Source of the DNA: Marsupella aquatica
Taxonomy: Eukaryota; Plantae; Marchantiophyta
Length of the DNA stretch: 64,000 nt
Reading direction: 5' to 3'
NCBI GenBank assembly: GCA_973895155.1
Contig: OZ316893.1
Coordinates: forward strand, 23,334,015 to 23,398,014
A program made the translations under genes and the position numbers. Below the pieces are notes generated by a model, which did not search any database, had not been told where the DNA came from, and worked only from the letters and a program-made list of their open reading frames with translations. This document shows positions 49,915-61,150 of this stretch, one piece after another; the first letter of the stretch is position 1, and each line of letters starts with the position of its first letter.

Positions 49915-51300
49915 ATGACTGGACTTTGGGGAGGACAGCACCACTTTACACTCTCACCATGACTGGATGTGAGTAAGAAAGGAGGAGAGTCCTGAGGAGG
50001 AGAGTCCTGAGGAGGAGAGTCCTGAGGGGGCGAGGGGCAGCCATGGATTTGGACTTTGGGAGGACAGCACCACTTTACACTCTCACCATGACTGGATGTG
50101 AGTAAGAAAGGAGGAGAGTCCTGGGGGGGAGAGGGGCAGCCATGGATTTGGACTTTGGAGAGGACAGCACCACTTCACACTCTCAGCATGACTGCATGTG
50201 AGTAAGAAAGGAGGAGAGTCCTGAGGGGGAGAGGGGCAGCCATGGATTTGGAGGATTTGGACTTTGGGAAGGAGCGCACCACTTTACACTCTCACCAGGA
50301 CTGGATGTGAGTAAGAAAGGGGGAGAGCCCTGAGGGGGAGGTCAAGGTCCTCCTCCTTTACCACCCCCAAATTACTTATCAAGCAAGTAAACTCAGGTGC
50401 ATGCATGCACGCACAGAGAGAGAGGGAGAGTGAGAGAGATTTGAAGCCGAGGAAAGCAACACTTTACACTCACCATGCTTGTGGATGAGAGTAAGAAAGG
50501 AGGAGAGTCCTGAGGGGGTGAGGGGAAAGGGAAAGGGAAAGGGGAAGTCAAGGTTCTCCTCCTCTACCACCCCCAAATCATTCATCAATCAAGTAAACTC
50601 ATGTGCATGCATGAGTGAGAGAGAGGTAACCACCTCACCCCAGAAATAATTCAAGCAAGTAACCTCACGTGCATGCATAAAACAAAAGAAAAACCTCACC
50701 CCAGAAATAATTCAAGCAAGTAACCTCACGTGCATGCATAAAACAAAAGAAAAAATGAGTGTCCTGAGGGCGAGAAGAAAGGGGAGGGGGGGGGGGGTGG
50801 GGGGTTCGTTCATTATCCTTCTCCTCCACCACTCCCAATTTACTCATCAAGCAAGTAAATTCATCAGCATGCATGAAAGAAAGAAAGAGAGTCCTGGGGA
50901 AGGGGGGCAGGCAAGGTCCTTCTCCACCAGCCCCAAATTACTCATCAAGCAATTAAACTAATGGGCAAGCATGTACAAAAGAAAGGGAGTTCTGAAGGAG
51001 AGAGGGACTCTCAAGTCCTTCTCCTCCACCACCCCCAGACCCTCCCCCAAATGACTGAAGCAATTAAACTCATGTGCATGCATGTAAGAAATGAAGGCGG
51101 AGAGTTATGAGGGAAGAGGGAGAGGAAGGAAACAAGTTCCTCCCCTCCACCACCCCCAAATTATCCCAAGCAAGTAAGCTCATATGCATGCATGCAAGAA
51201 AAAAAAAAAGGAAAAAAAAAGTCATGAGGGGGTGATGGAGAAGGGTGACTCGAGGTCCTCCCCCTCCGCCACTCCAAATTACTCAACAAGCAAGCAAACT
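49915..51300. repeat. Tandem repeat array (units of about 110-130 bp) upstream of the TCP11 gene
   Basis: Four to five copies of GGACTTTGGGAGGACAGCACCACTTTACACTCTCACCATGACTGGATGTGAGTAAGAAAGGAGGAGAGTCCTGAGGGG grade into units containing CACCCCCAAATTACTCATCAAGCAAGTAAACTCATGTGCATGCATG. Confidence 0.9.
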
Positions 51301-53251
51301 CCCACCATATCAGATTCCAGTTTAACAAGTCATGGTTGAGACTTCCAAGGGAGGCAGAGGTGCCAGAGTGGGAGAAGTGAGAGGGAGTTGAAGTACTCCA
51401 ACCACCACTAAATTCCTGGACAGTATCTCCAACTAGAAAATGGTAAATGGGTTTGAAGAACTAAACTTATAACCAACAGGAATGATTGAAGCAGCCATCA
51501 AAAGGAAGCTGAGAGCAATGTCTTTAATGCCAAGGAAAAGACCCTTCTTATCCTGTTGCGAGAACAATCCAAGCGTTGTGCTTATTAATATTTGTGCACA
51601 GGCTTTCCAATGGATCTGGGAATGAGGGAAGATTCTATGTTTGTGGACAGGCTTTCCAAGTGTCCATCAAAGATTGAGACAAACTTGAATTCTACGAAGA
51701 GTCAAAGATTGTGGAAAGAGGTCTGGCAAGATGGATAAAAAGAGGAAGGGGTCTTTTTTTAAATGGATAAACTAATCTGCCAAGTTGAAAGACCAAGATC
51801 CATGATTCCATGTGGGATTCAGTCCACGTTGAAAGGAGGTCCCATCCTCAATTGATACAAAAGCAGCTTTTTCCATAGATGTGCTTGATGCCACGTACCA
51901 TGTCTCCAAAATAATACATTCCCATTATTTCTCAAAGAAGCATTGAATGATGAAAGACCCTAGGGCATCCATGTTGGAAAGTTCACATCACTTGAGTGTC
52001 TTTTTGTTTTTAAGAGTATCAACGTCAACTCCATGGAGAAAAGCATAGTGGGAGAGCCAATTGCAATAACACTTATGATTTTCCAATATTGATTCGAACA
52101 ATTTTGCGAGCAGAGGGTGGCAAAAGCACCCCATTACGAGTGGCTCTGAAGATCACTTGAAATGCCCCAACTTCTTGTAAAATAACGGCTTGACATGTTG
52201 GCTATTCCCAACCTATCAACCAATCACATAGGATCGATCTAGGTGTCCATGTCATCATGACATCCTACCTCGGAGTAGGAATTGCTTTATAACTCTCAAT
52301 ATAATAAATCACCTCCTTCGAGAGACATGTTTGGACCATGCAGTTGCTGAACTGAATTGATAAAGTGCTGGAATCGCAAAGATATCGGCTATGGTACAAA
52401 ATGGTCATTTTGCAAAGGCCAACATCCTTAACTGAAATAAGGATTGATGCAAGTGTCAAAGAGCATAGTAGACCCTGAACTGCTCTATCCGTCCAGCAAA
52501 GCTAATTCAAAACTAAAATGAAACAAACTATTGAAACAAAAAGGATTGGTGCAAGTGTCAATGAGCCAAGTGTGTTATCAAAACTAACATGCACCCAAAC
52601 CGCTCTCTTCATACAGCAGAGTGAATCCAAAACTTACATTAAAACAAACCTCCCTTCATGCAAGAGGGAGGTACCTCTCAAGCCAAAGAGATACCTTGGT
52701 CATTGTTGCTACAAAGTCCCGCATAAAGCATAACTTGATAAACAGGCGGACTCTCAAAATGCTTCTCAAGTATGGTCAATTCAATTTGACGTCTGAATAA
52801 TGATAGTTTTGAACAAGGTGAAATGAACATGAAGCATAATCAACTCACCCTGTCTTACAATCTTACACGTAAACCTTTCAATCCAAAGTTACATCTTCAA
52901 GATCCGTTGCACTTTTACAGCGACCATCATGAAATTGCTTTCTTGGTCACTTGTTTGTGAGAGATTTGAATGCCTATGCCACATAACACGTCAACTATTC
53001 TTTTAATTAGAGGGCAGTACATAATTAATGTGCATTTGCTCGAAGGAAATTGAAATGTGCATGGCTAGTTGAGAGGATTGAAGCATGGTTTGTTCTAAGT
53101 TGATTGTTGTATCATAGCTCTAGTCATGCCCCCAGTCATGAGGTTCCGAGAGCCAAGGAATAGATCTCTGTACAGTTGATCTTTGAGAGGAATACAAAAG
53201 ATTTTGACCAGAATTTTTGAAGATCTTGGTACCAAGCTGTGAACATATCAG

Positions 53252-53380
53252 GACAGCCATGTAAAGCCACAGAAGAGCTGTGATTTTAGAAAGATGGAAG
53301 ATCACAGAGTCATGGACAGCCATGAAGTGCCACAGAAGAACTATGATTTTAGAAAGATGGAAGATCACTGATTCATGGAC
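53252..53380. repeat. About 60-bp tandem duplication
   Basis: GCCACAGAAGA...TGATTTTAGAAAGATGGAAGATCAC...TCATGGACA occurs twice. Confidence 0.85.
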
Positions 53381-56300
53381 ACTACCTCGATGTTGCACTT
53401 ACTGGTCCTAGATGACATAACCGAGAAGAGTGACATAGATCCTGAGAAATACGTTGTGACTACCAAATGCAGTGAAATTTGATTGGAGGTCAATGTGCAA
53501 TTTGATTCATTGATGAGCACCTTGATCAGGTTTTCCTTTTGGGTTGGTTCACTTCCTTTTGCACATGGTTTCCCTCGTCTTTCAAGAGAGTACCCTAGAG
53601 GTAATAATTGATCGGTATGTATCTATAAATCTTCGTCTTGTCTATGTGATTGCAAATTGACTCCAAACATGGCTCCGTTCCTTCCCTAGTCCAACCCCTG
53701 CCACACTCTAGTTGGGGAAGCCAAATGAGAATTAATCTCTGGAGATGTATGGAACATCCATTTCCTCAAATAGAAACCTAAGGCCCGGCCAGTTGCCACA
53801 TATAGGCTGTTAGGGTTGAATGAGAGAACTGTGTTGTCAAGAAATCCTTTACAGAATTGGATGCATGTGTGTGAAATGGGTTGTGCCATAAATGGGTTTC
53901 TTTCATGCCAAACAAAAGCACCTTAAGACTTAGATACAGATACAAATAATTCGCCAAAAGTGAGACACTCAGGATCTATTACTTGAGATTTGATTAGCAG
54001 AGGAAGGTCCTTGACTTCCATTAGAGCTATGCTTTCTTCCTCTGCGCACCTTAGCCTTGCAACCATTATTGCTAAAGAAATTTTCTTCTATCATTTTAGT
54101 ACATACACACAAAGGATGACCTCAGTTCAAAGGCTAACAAAGCTGGATTTGTTGTTTCGGTCTTGAAGTCCCCAAAATTCTAGTCCTGTGTTTTGCTTCT
54201 ATGCCGCGGAACCTCTCACATTATGGTACTAAGGAGCTCTACATGATTGCTGGAAGCTGTATGCATGGTCATTTGTGAAGCCGTTTGTGAACTAAAAACT
54301 GTGTCCTCTAGATCTTTGGTGCTTCATAGGACAAGCTTTCTAAGCCCTTTTTTCCGGCACAGGTATGCCTAATTTTGTGGCTATGCTATAATTGCAAGTC
54401 CACACAAGGAGTTAGGTGATGGATGGTTGTGTTCCTTTCAAAGTATTTCAAGTTTTTGCAAGGCCTGTGGAGCTCACACCTTCTTCAGCCTACGACAGAG
54501 ACTTCAACCCAGGGTCAGGTCATGTGAATCTTCAAAATCATTACATTCATTACCAGAATCCCCTGAAGAAGAGAATAGAAATTCAGGACTTTGAAGTGTT
54601 TGTTTACCATGTAGCCATTGAGTTCTCTCACTGATCAATCTCAGAGTTGTTCATAGAATTCATTGTTGTATTTTTGGGACAAGTTTAAATTGATCAGCAA
54701 AAAACCACCAGTGTCCCTACTTAGCACGCTCTTGGTTGGCATTGCCTCTACTCTTAGCTTCCATCCTGAAATTATGGAGCAAGAGGACCACCTCGTAGGA
54801 GGGGAAAGTGCAAATTGGAGAAGCTATGCACACTTCTCTTTAATATGTATGAACACAGGTGGTTTAATTTAGGAATCTTGCCAAATTGTTAACTAGGACT
54901 GTTGTTGAATGGATCGCGCAACAGACTATGGTTCAAAGTGTACAGTAGTGGAAATTTTGGTCAAATGACACCAACTGAAACTGCAACTTCATTGTAGCCT
55001 GTCAAATGAAAACAAAAGTTTGTTCTCCAAATTAAACCCTAAATGCAACTGGGCCATTTCTATATGTTAATTGAAAGCATTGAATAAAATAGAATCCTCA
55101 ACTGTCAAAGCCAACAGCAGCAGTCCAGCACAAAAGTGGGAGTTGAAGAAAATGAATTCCAGAAAATATGGTATAATTTGAATGGTGATAGACTATGTGC
55201 AACAGATGGACCAATGCCTCAAACATATCAATGTATGTCAATTCATTGGTTCTTGGTTTCTCCAGTCCTCCTGGCGCAAGTTATCAGATTATGTCTCATT
55301 TTGCAAATGCAGGGTGGGCATGAGCAGGGTAGACACTCCTTGGTCAAGCATGTGGAGAAAATCTTTTAGATTTAGAAAGAATATCCATTTCCTTAATGTA
55401 CCTCACCAGGGATTTTCTTATGTTCATTTGTTTTCTACTATTCACCTGACAAAGCATTCTCTTTGTTCAGTTTTGCTTGTCAGCTCATACACTACTGTAG
55501 CTCTTTTCCTGTCGGATTTGTGTTGTCAAAAATCACATTCAACTATGTTCATACTTTACACTTGATTTCAATGCTAACTTTGCGCAGTTTTGTGATGGAT
55601 TTCTACTTTCCACCTACTATATCTTAAGATTGATGGGATGTTCCCCTTCCTCTGTTTTACTGGATAGGATTGTTTTCCTCACAAAGCATGTTGCCTTAAT
55701 TTCTGTTTATTTCTTAAAGATAGAAATTGTATCTTCTTGTGAGACAGTGTCACCACTCTTCTTGATATAAAATTGTTCATTCAATCATTGCAAGATCTCG
55801 ATATAATCTAGTTCATCCAGTCATCACCAAACACCAAACACGCTTGGTGGGAAATTAATCCAGGTATCACCAAACCCAATACCCAAGTCTTGTATCCTAG
55901 GATATCCTACTAAGTTTGGTGCATGATAAGGATCTATGCACAGAACTACAGAGATGTTCTCGTTTGTTGGTAGACTCCATATATATAGCCCTCATATAGT
56001 CCTATCCCATGATCACAAAGGTTTACAGTTTTGCAATCACTGGATCCAATTAAATCTTTAGATAAAGAAGTAAAAGAATTATAAAAAATAACAAGAAATT
56101 AAAAGACAGATTTTTAAAGCTGCTGGATTAAAATAGGAAATTTTCAGCACCTTAATATAATCCCAAACTACCTGGTTGAGAGTCTAAGATACTTCAAAGA
56201 TAGTTGAGAATAATGAAGAACCCAAAATCAGCTAGTCTTCCATCTCCTGAACTATTCAGTATATTTGGATTTTGTTGCTTTATGGCATTTATTCTATCAG

Positions 56301-57486
56301 CAAGCTACACACTTTAAGTGATCGATCTGTGCTTTGAAATAGTCAATTGACTACTACAAGCATTCAGGTACTCGAGCTCCCCACGCCAGCAATGTTGATT
56401 TATTGCGACGAATATGTATTGTGGCTAATAAGCAACACAAAGCTTTGAACTAACGCAACGTTTCACGCCAAGAGGTGTTGTAATGGAATTTCATGAGACC
56501 CAACGTAATTCTCATGCTGCACTAAATGAAACATTTGTCTTGCCATAGACGGGGAGCACCAAGCTCTCCAAATCTCCACACTAAGTATTTATTCTCAAGT
56601 GTGTTTGGGCCTGCCCCTCCTCCTGCAAAGGCCAAATGTTGGAAATCACAACTTGTGAGACTATTGAGCTATACGTTACCCTAACAGAGGTCATTGATAT
56701 GTCTGTCTACGTACAGCTTCCCCACGGCACTGCCTCAGCTGTTATCTATTGCGGGCTGATCGAATTGTGGCCTGGAAGATCTTTTAGGATTTGCTAGGGC
56801 CAGGGGACTTTACAAAGAGATAATATCAAAGAGCTTTGAATTTGTGTGATGCTTGGTGACCAAACACAAAGGGATTAACTCAATTTTGGCAGGTGTAACA
56901 ATATCAAATGTATGGCAGGAATGATTGCCTACATATGGGCCACTAAGTTCAGTTTGATTGAGAGAGTATTATGGAAAGAGGGCAGATTACAAGGAGAAGC
57001 TATTCACATTGGTCCCATTTTGGGGGGATCATAATCACATCTTGGTGAGCTCCATATCTGGCAATCGAGCCACCAACTCATACAAAACCATCTCATGTGA
57101 TTTGCTCTTTCCTGTCTACTGGTCTTTTAGTTTCTTCCAGAAAAGGTCTCAATTAAGTTCTGTGTTGACAAAAAACATGAAGGGTAGTAATTGGGCTCCA
57201 TAGGAATGCAGGTGTTAATTTCAAGCTAGGGACTCCCAAAGTCCAATGCAGAAAAATGGGCAAAGAATTGTAGCTTAGTTGAGACTTTCAAATCAATCTT
57301 GGAACTATGAACTTGCTATAATACCTACAGGTGCTAACATGAGAACTTTGGAGTGACAATCTTTCTCTTCAAGTTACCCAATAGAAGATTCAATTGCTTT
57401 TTCTAAAGTAATGACCACGGGACAGAAAAACAGAAAAGTAACAATGTGGTGTACTGACTTAAGATGAGATCATTGAACATTGAGAG

Positions 57487-57841
57487 GGAAGGTTGTAGAA
57501 GAAGTTGGAGAAGCATCTAACATAGTAAAGTTATTCATCAGATCCACACGGGGTTTGGGGAAGGGTTTGAGGAAAGGGATCCAAAGCTCTATCCAACATA
57601 GTGGGGAAAGAGGTCCAGCCAAGGCTGTGGCCTCATCAGGGGAAAGAAAGTTGCAACAGATGAAAGGAAGGTTGTAGAAGAAGTTGGAGAAGCATCTAAC
57701 ATAGTAAAGTTATTCATCAGATCCACACGGGGTTTGGGGAAGGGTTTGAGGAAAGGGATCCAAAGCTCTATCCAGCATAGTGGGGAAAGAGGTCCAGCCA
57801 AGGCTGTGGCCTCATCAGGGGAAATAAAGTTGCAACAAATG
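57487..57841. repeat. 179-bp near-identical tandem duplication
   Basis: The unit starting GGAAGGTTGTAGAAGAAGTTGGAG occurs at 57487 and 57666 with only a few substitutions. Confidence 0.95.
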
Positions 57842-59491
57842 ACTTCAAGGGATCATATTGTTCTTTGGGACACCTTTGACTTTCCAACATCTGCATCCCC
57901 ATCTGCATCTCACCCCTAAGGAGTATGGAGCGCAAGACCAAAGGCTAAAATGGGGGAAACAGAGAGAAGTATGAAACTTAGAACTCAAGCTAGAATGTCA
58001 ATTAATATCAATACTTACATCTTGGATTCCATTCCTCTTCCAAGGACTCCCTCCATATAACCTTTTCTTTGATTCTCCGGAAAGCTCTTCCGACAAGGGT
58101 GTTTGGACCAGTGTTGAGCGGGTATATACTTTCTGGCTTTACCTAGAATCTAGAAAGAAAACAAAAGTCTTGCATGGACTAAGTAAACGATCAATGCACC
58201 TAGTACTATAACTTTAGAACTTCCCATGCATCAAGATTTGGTTGCATACCCATGTTTCAAACCCATGGTGGACTCAAAAAATTACTTAAGCTCCTTGATA
58301 TCCATTTGTCAAACTCTCATCCAACTAGCAAGCATAAGGAGATAAGCACAATTGTATACAATGGTTTTCTGACTAGATTGTTGTGTGGACAAACAAACAA
58401 GGTCTTCAATGTATATTTTTCAGTTTTGGGAGCTAAAGGGATCCTTCAGAAAGAGAGCTATTATGTCGTCCTTGCTCATGGATATAATGCATCGGACACA
58501 CCATCTCTTTCCACCATGTCACCTTAAAACCATCATACATCGCAAAGACCCTTCAAGTTGATAGATACCGGATCAAAGTCAGAACTCTTCAATGTCCATG
58601 ATTGGTTGGTTTGGGCAAGGGCAATGTGAAAGGTCAGTCAACAATATCCAAAATCTCCTAAGGTTGATCCATGCATTAGGTAGAAATTCCATCCGTAGAA
58701 AGTAGTAGCAGACCTCTGTGCTTTGAATTCAAACTTCCTTCCAGGTTAGTCATTTCAGTAAGTGTAGACTCAGTTACTAATTCAGATGTCTAATCAACAA
58801 CCTCCTTGGCTTGCTGATCCACATCCAACACAAATTTGGGAACTAAAGGTAGGTGTTCTACATCTTTCTTATTAAACCCATCACTGGTCTCTAGTTTAAA
58901 TGACTCATCAATTACAATGCACTCCACCCTACAGGGTGCTTCATGGCTACTTAATTTGAGTACAACTCTTGGATTTCACCAATAAAGCTCTGAAGAACAA
59001 AATGTGGACTTAGTTTCAATATCAAAAACAAGCCAACCCATCCTGGCCATGCAAGAGACTACCTATGGAATGCTATTTGGTGGGACTATGCTCTTAATTT
59101 GTGAGGAAGTCATTTCAGTGTCAAATTCACAAAGTCATCAGAAAACTGCATGATGTCAAAAGCGGGTTGGCAACAATTAGACATCAAGTTAGGACAATAG
59201 ATTGGCAATAGGTACACAACTTCTTCAGACCACAACAGGGAATTGATTGTGCCCAGGATTGAAGAGAACATGAGATCGAGAGGGGGAGGGTATGCTTGAT
59301 CAAGAAAAAAATCAAGTGACACTTGGTACATTCTAGAAGCATATCAAGGAACCAAAAGTGAAGGACTACTACTAGTAAGGGTAGAAGAATCTAAGTCAGT
59401 GATTGCCTATGGAATTAAAGACAAATGAGAAAGGCAACAAAACAAAGATGACAAGGACCACAGATAGTCTTCAAATACTGTGATCAAGGTT

Positions 59492-61150
59492 ATGGCTCGA
59501 CTCAGGGTCCGGTTCCCAATCATCCAAACATCATTCCAAGATGCAGGAGAAGGGGTCCATAGGATGTATGAATCTTGTAGGGGTGGGTCCTGCTCTCGAT
59601 CAGGATCTCCACCAAAAGTTCGCAAACCTCTATGGGAGCCCAAATACCCATACCAACACTCTTCTTTTCCTACTCGTCAAAACTCCCCTCCAACTCGGCA
59701 ACTATCCCCTACCCGTCCACAAACAGCTCCCACAACCTCTACATTTCAACCTCCAAGTACATTTAGTACTACATTTAATGTCCCTTCACATTTTGGACCA
59801 CCTCCTCCGTTGCAATCACGACCTAATAGTTCTCAATCAAATAGATCAGATAGATCATATGAATCTTGCCAGTACTCCAATTGTTCTCGTTCTCCATGTT
59901 TAACACCTCGAGTGTTTGATGAACCAATTTACCCTTATAAAAAACCTCGATCTCTATCTCCACCTGGATGGCCATACTCTCCCAAACGGAGAACCAGGAG
60001 AGGGAGATGGTGGGACAAGGACTGGCACATCTCTGAGAGATACCAGCATTACCAAGACCCTGAACTCCAGCAATGTGGGTGTAACAAATCTAGGATTCAC
60101 TCTGGAAGCCGTACCCCATCACCCAAACGGAGCCCTCGTGAAATTGGAATTGAGTATCATTTCAATAGAATTGCCAATGCTAGCGAACAATCAAGGACCA
60201 GATCCCCAACGCCAAAACAAGGGAGACAAAACTTTGTTGGACAGCTCAAGACAGGGGAGAACGATAGTAGGAATGACCAATTTGAGGGATTTGGTCATCG
60301 CCACCAATATGAACAATGGTCTTGCTCACCCTCTCCTTTTGAGTCCAGGTCCAGGTCCAGATCCAGATCCAGATCAGAGAGTCCTATACCAAGTGGACGT
60401 AGAACGTCCTCCAACAGTTCACCAGGTTCATCAAGACCATATACTTCTACTAAACAGAGATCTCAAACTCCTGGACAACAGAGACCGCAAACGCCTAGGC
60501 AAAAAAGGCCTCAAACTCCTAAAGGAGTTGGGGTGGATGGGAGTAGTGGGAATGAAACCGGAAGTGAATTTGTCCCTTATGTCAATAGTCATGGCCATTG
60601 CCACACATACAATTCTTGGTCATGCACTCCATCAAATAGAAACACACCCAAGAATGGAAGTAATCCAGGATCAAGAGATCAAACTCCTCCACCTACTAGT
60701 AGAATGGGTAATGGTAGTGATGGGAGTAGTGGTGCTTTTGGTGGTGGTACAACCACTATCAAGGTATCCTATTCGCCTCACACAATTGATCAATCTACAG
60801 CTACTGAAGATTATTCACAGGATTTGAGATTGGGCTTGAGATCAGGAGGTGTGGGGCAAGGAAGGCAACAAGCAGTTACATTGGGTGCAAATTCATTAGC
60901 TGTTGGAGCTCCTGAGTGGGCTCCTGATCGTGTTCCTGAGCAGCAATATCTTTCACATTGCCATTGTCATCACTGTCATCACTTGTGCCCCACTTGTGGC
61001 CACCATGGTCACCATGGGCCCACACTCTTCTCTCTTGCTCCCCCACCTATTTGTAAGTTTCCCTGTGTATGCCTTAAAGCCCAAGCATACCACAGTCACC
61101 GTGGTCACCACCACCATCATTGCCATTGTTTTCACCACCATCATCATTGA
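59492..61150 (+). CDS. Orphan low-complexity Ser/Pro/Arg-rich protein with a His/Cys-rich C-terminus
   Basis: An uninterrupted frame of about 1.66 kb (first ATG 59492, alternative ATG 59564) lies in otherwise stop-rich DNA. It has an RS tract, RPQTP repeats and a C-terminal HCHCHHCHHLCPTCGHHGHHG...HHHHHCHCFHHHHH. No known domain was recognised. Confidence 0.6.
   Translation: MARLRVRFPIIQTSFQDAGEGVHRMYESCRGGSCSRSGSPPKVRKPLWEPKYPYQHSSFPTRQNSPPTRQLSPTRPQTAPTTSTFQPPSTFSTTFNVPSHFGPPPPLQSRPNSSQSNRSDRSYESCQYSNCSRSPCLTPRVFDEPIYPYKKPRSLSPPGWPYSPKRRTRRGRWWDKDWHISERYQHYQDPELQQCGCNKSRIHSGSRTPSPKRSPREIGIEYHFNRIANASEQSRTRSPTPKQGRQNFVGQLKTGENDSRNDQFEGFGHRHQYEQWSCSPSPFESRSRSRSRSRSESPIPSGRRTSSNSSPGSSRPYTSTKQRSQTPGQQRPQTPRQKRPQTPKGVGVDGSSGNETGSEFVPYVNSHGHCHTYNSWSCTPSNRNTPKNGSNPGSRDQTPPPTSRMGNGSDGSSGAFGGGTTTIKVSYSPHTIDQSTATEDYSQDLRLGLRSGGVGQGRQQAVTLGANSLAVGAPEWAPDRVPEQQYLSHCHCHHCHHLCPTCGHHGHHGPTLFSLAPPPICKFPCVCLKAQAYHSHRGHHHHHCHCFHHHHH

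Larger units (their letters stand above)
51300..59400. mobile_element. Highly decayed TE-derived region, family not assignable
   Basis: No intact ORFs. There are fragmented coding-like stretches, including weak Gypsy-integrase-like pieces near 56800-57130 (LYKEIISK, YYGKRADYKEKL), and local duplications. Confidence 0.3.

Noticed and set aside
48400-49980. ORFs in the TCP11 5' region
   Set aside because: They arise from microsatellites (CAGCC, GAAAG, AATG, AATC) in a GC-rich leader.
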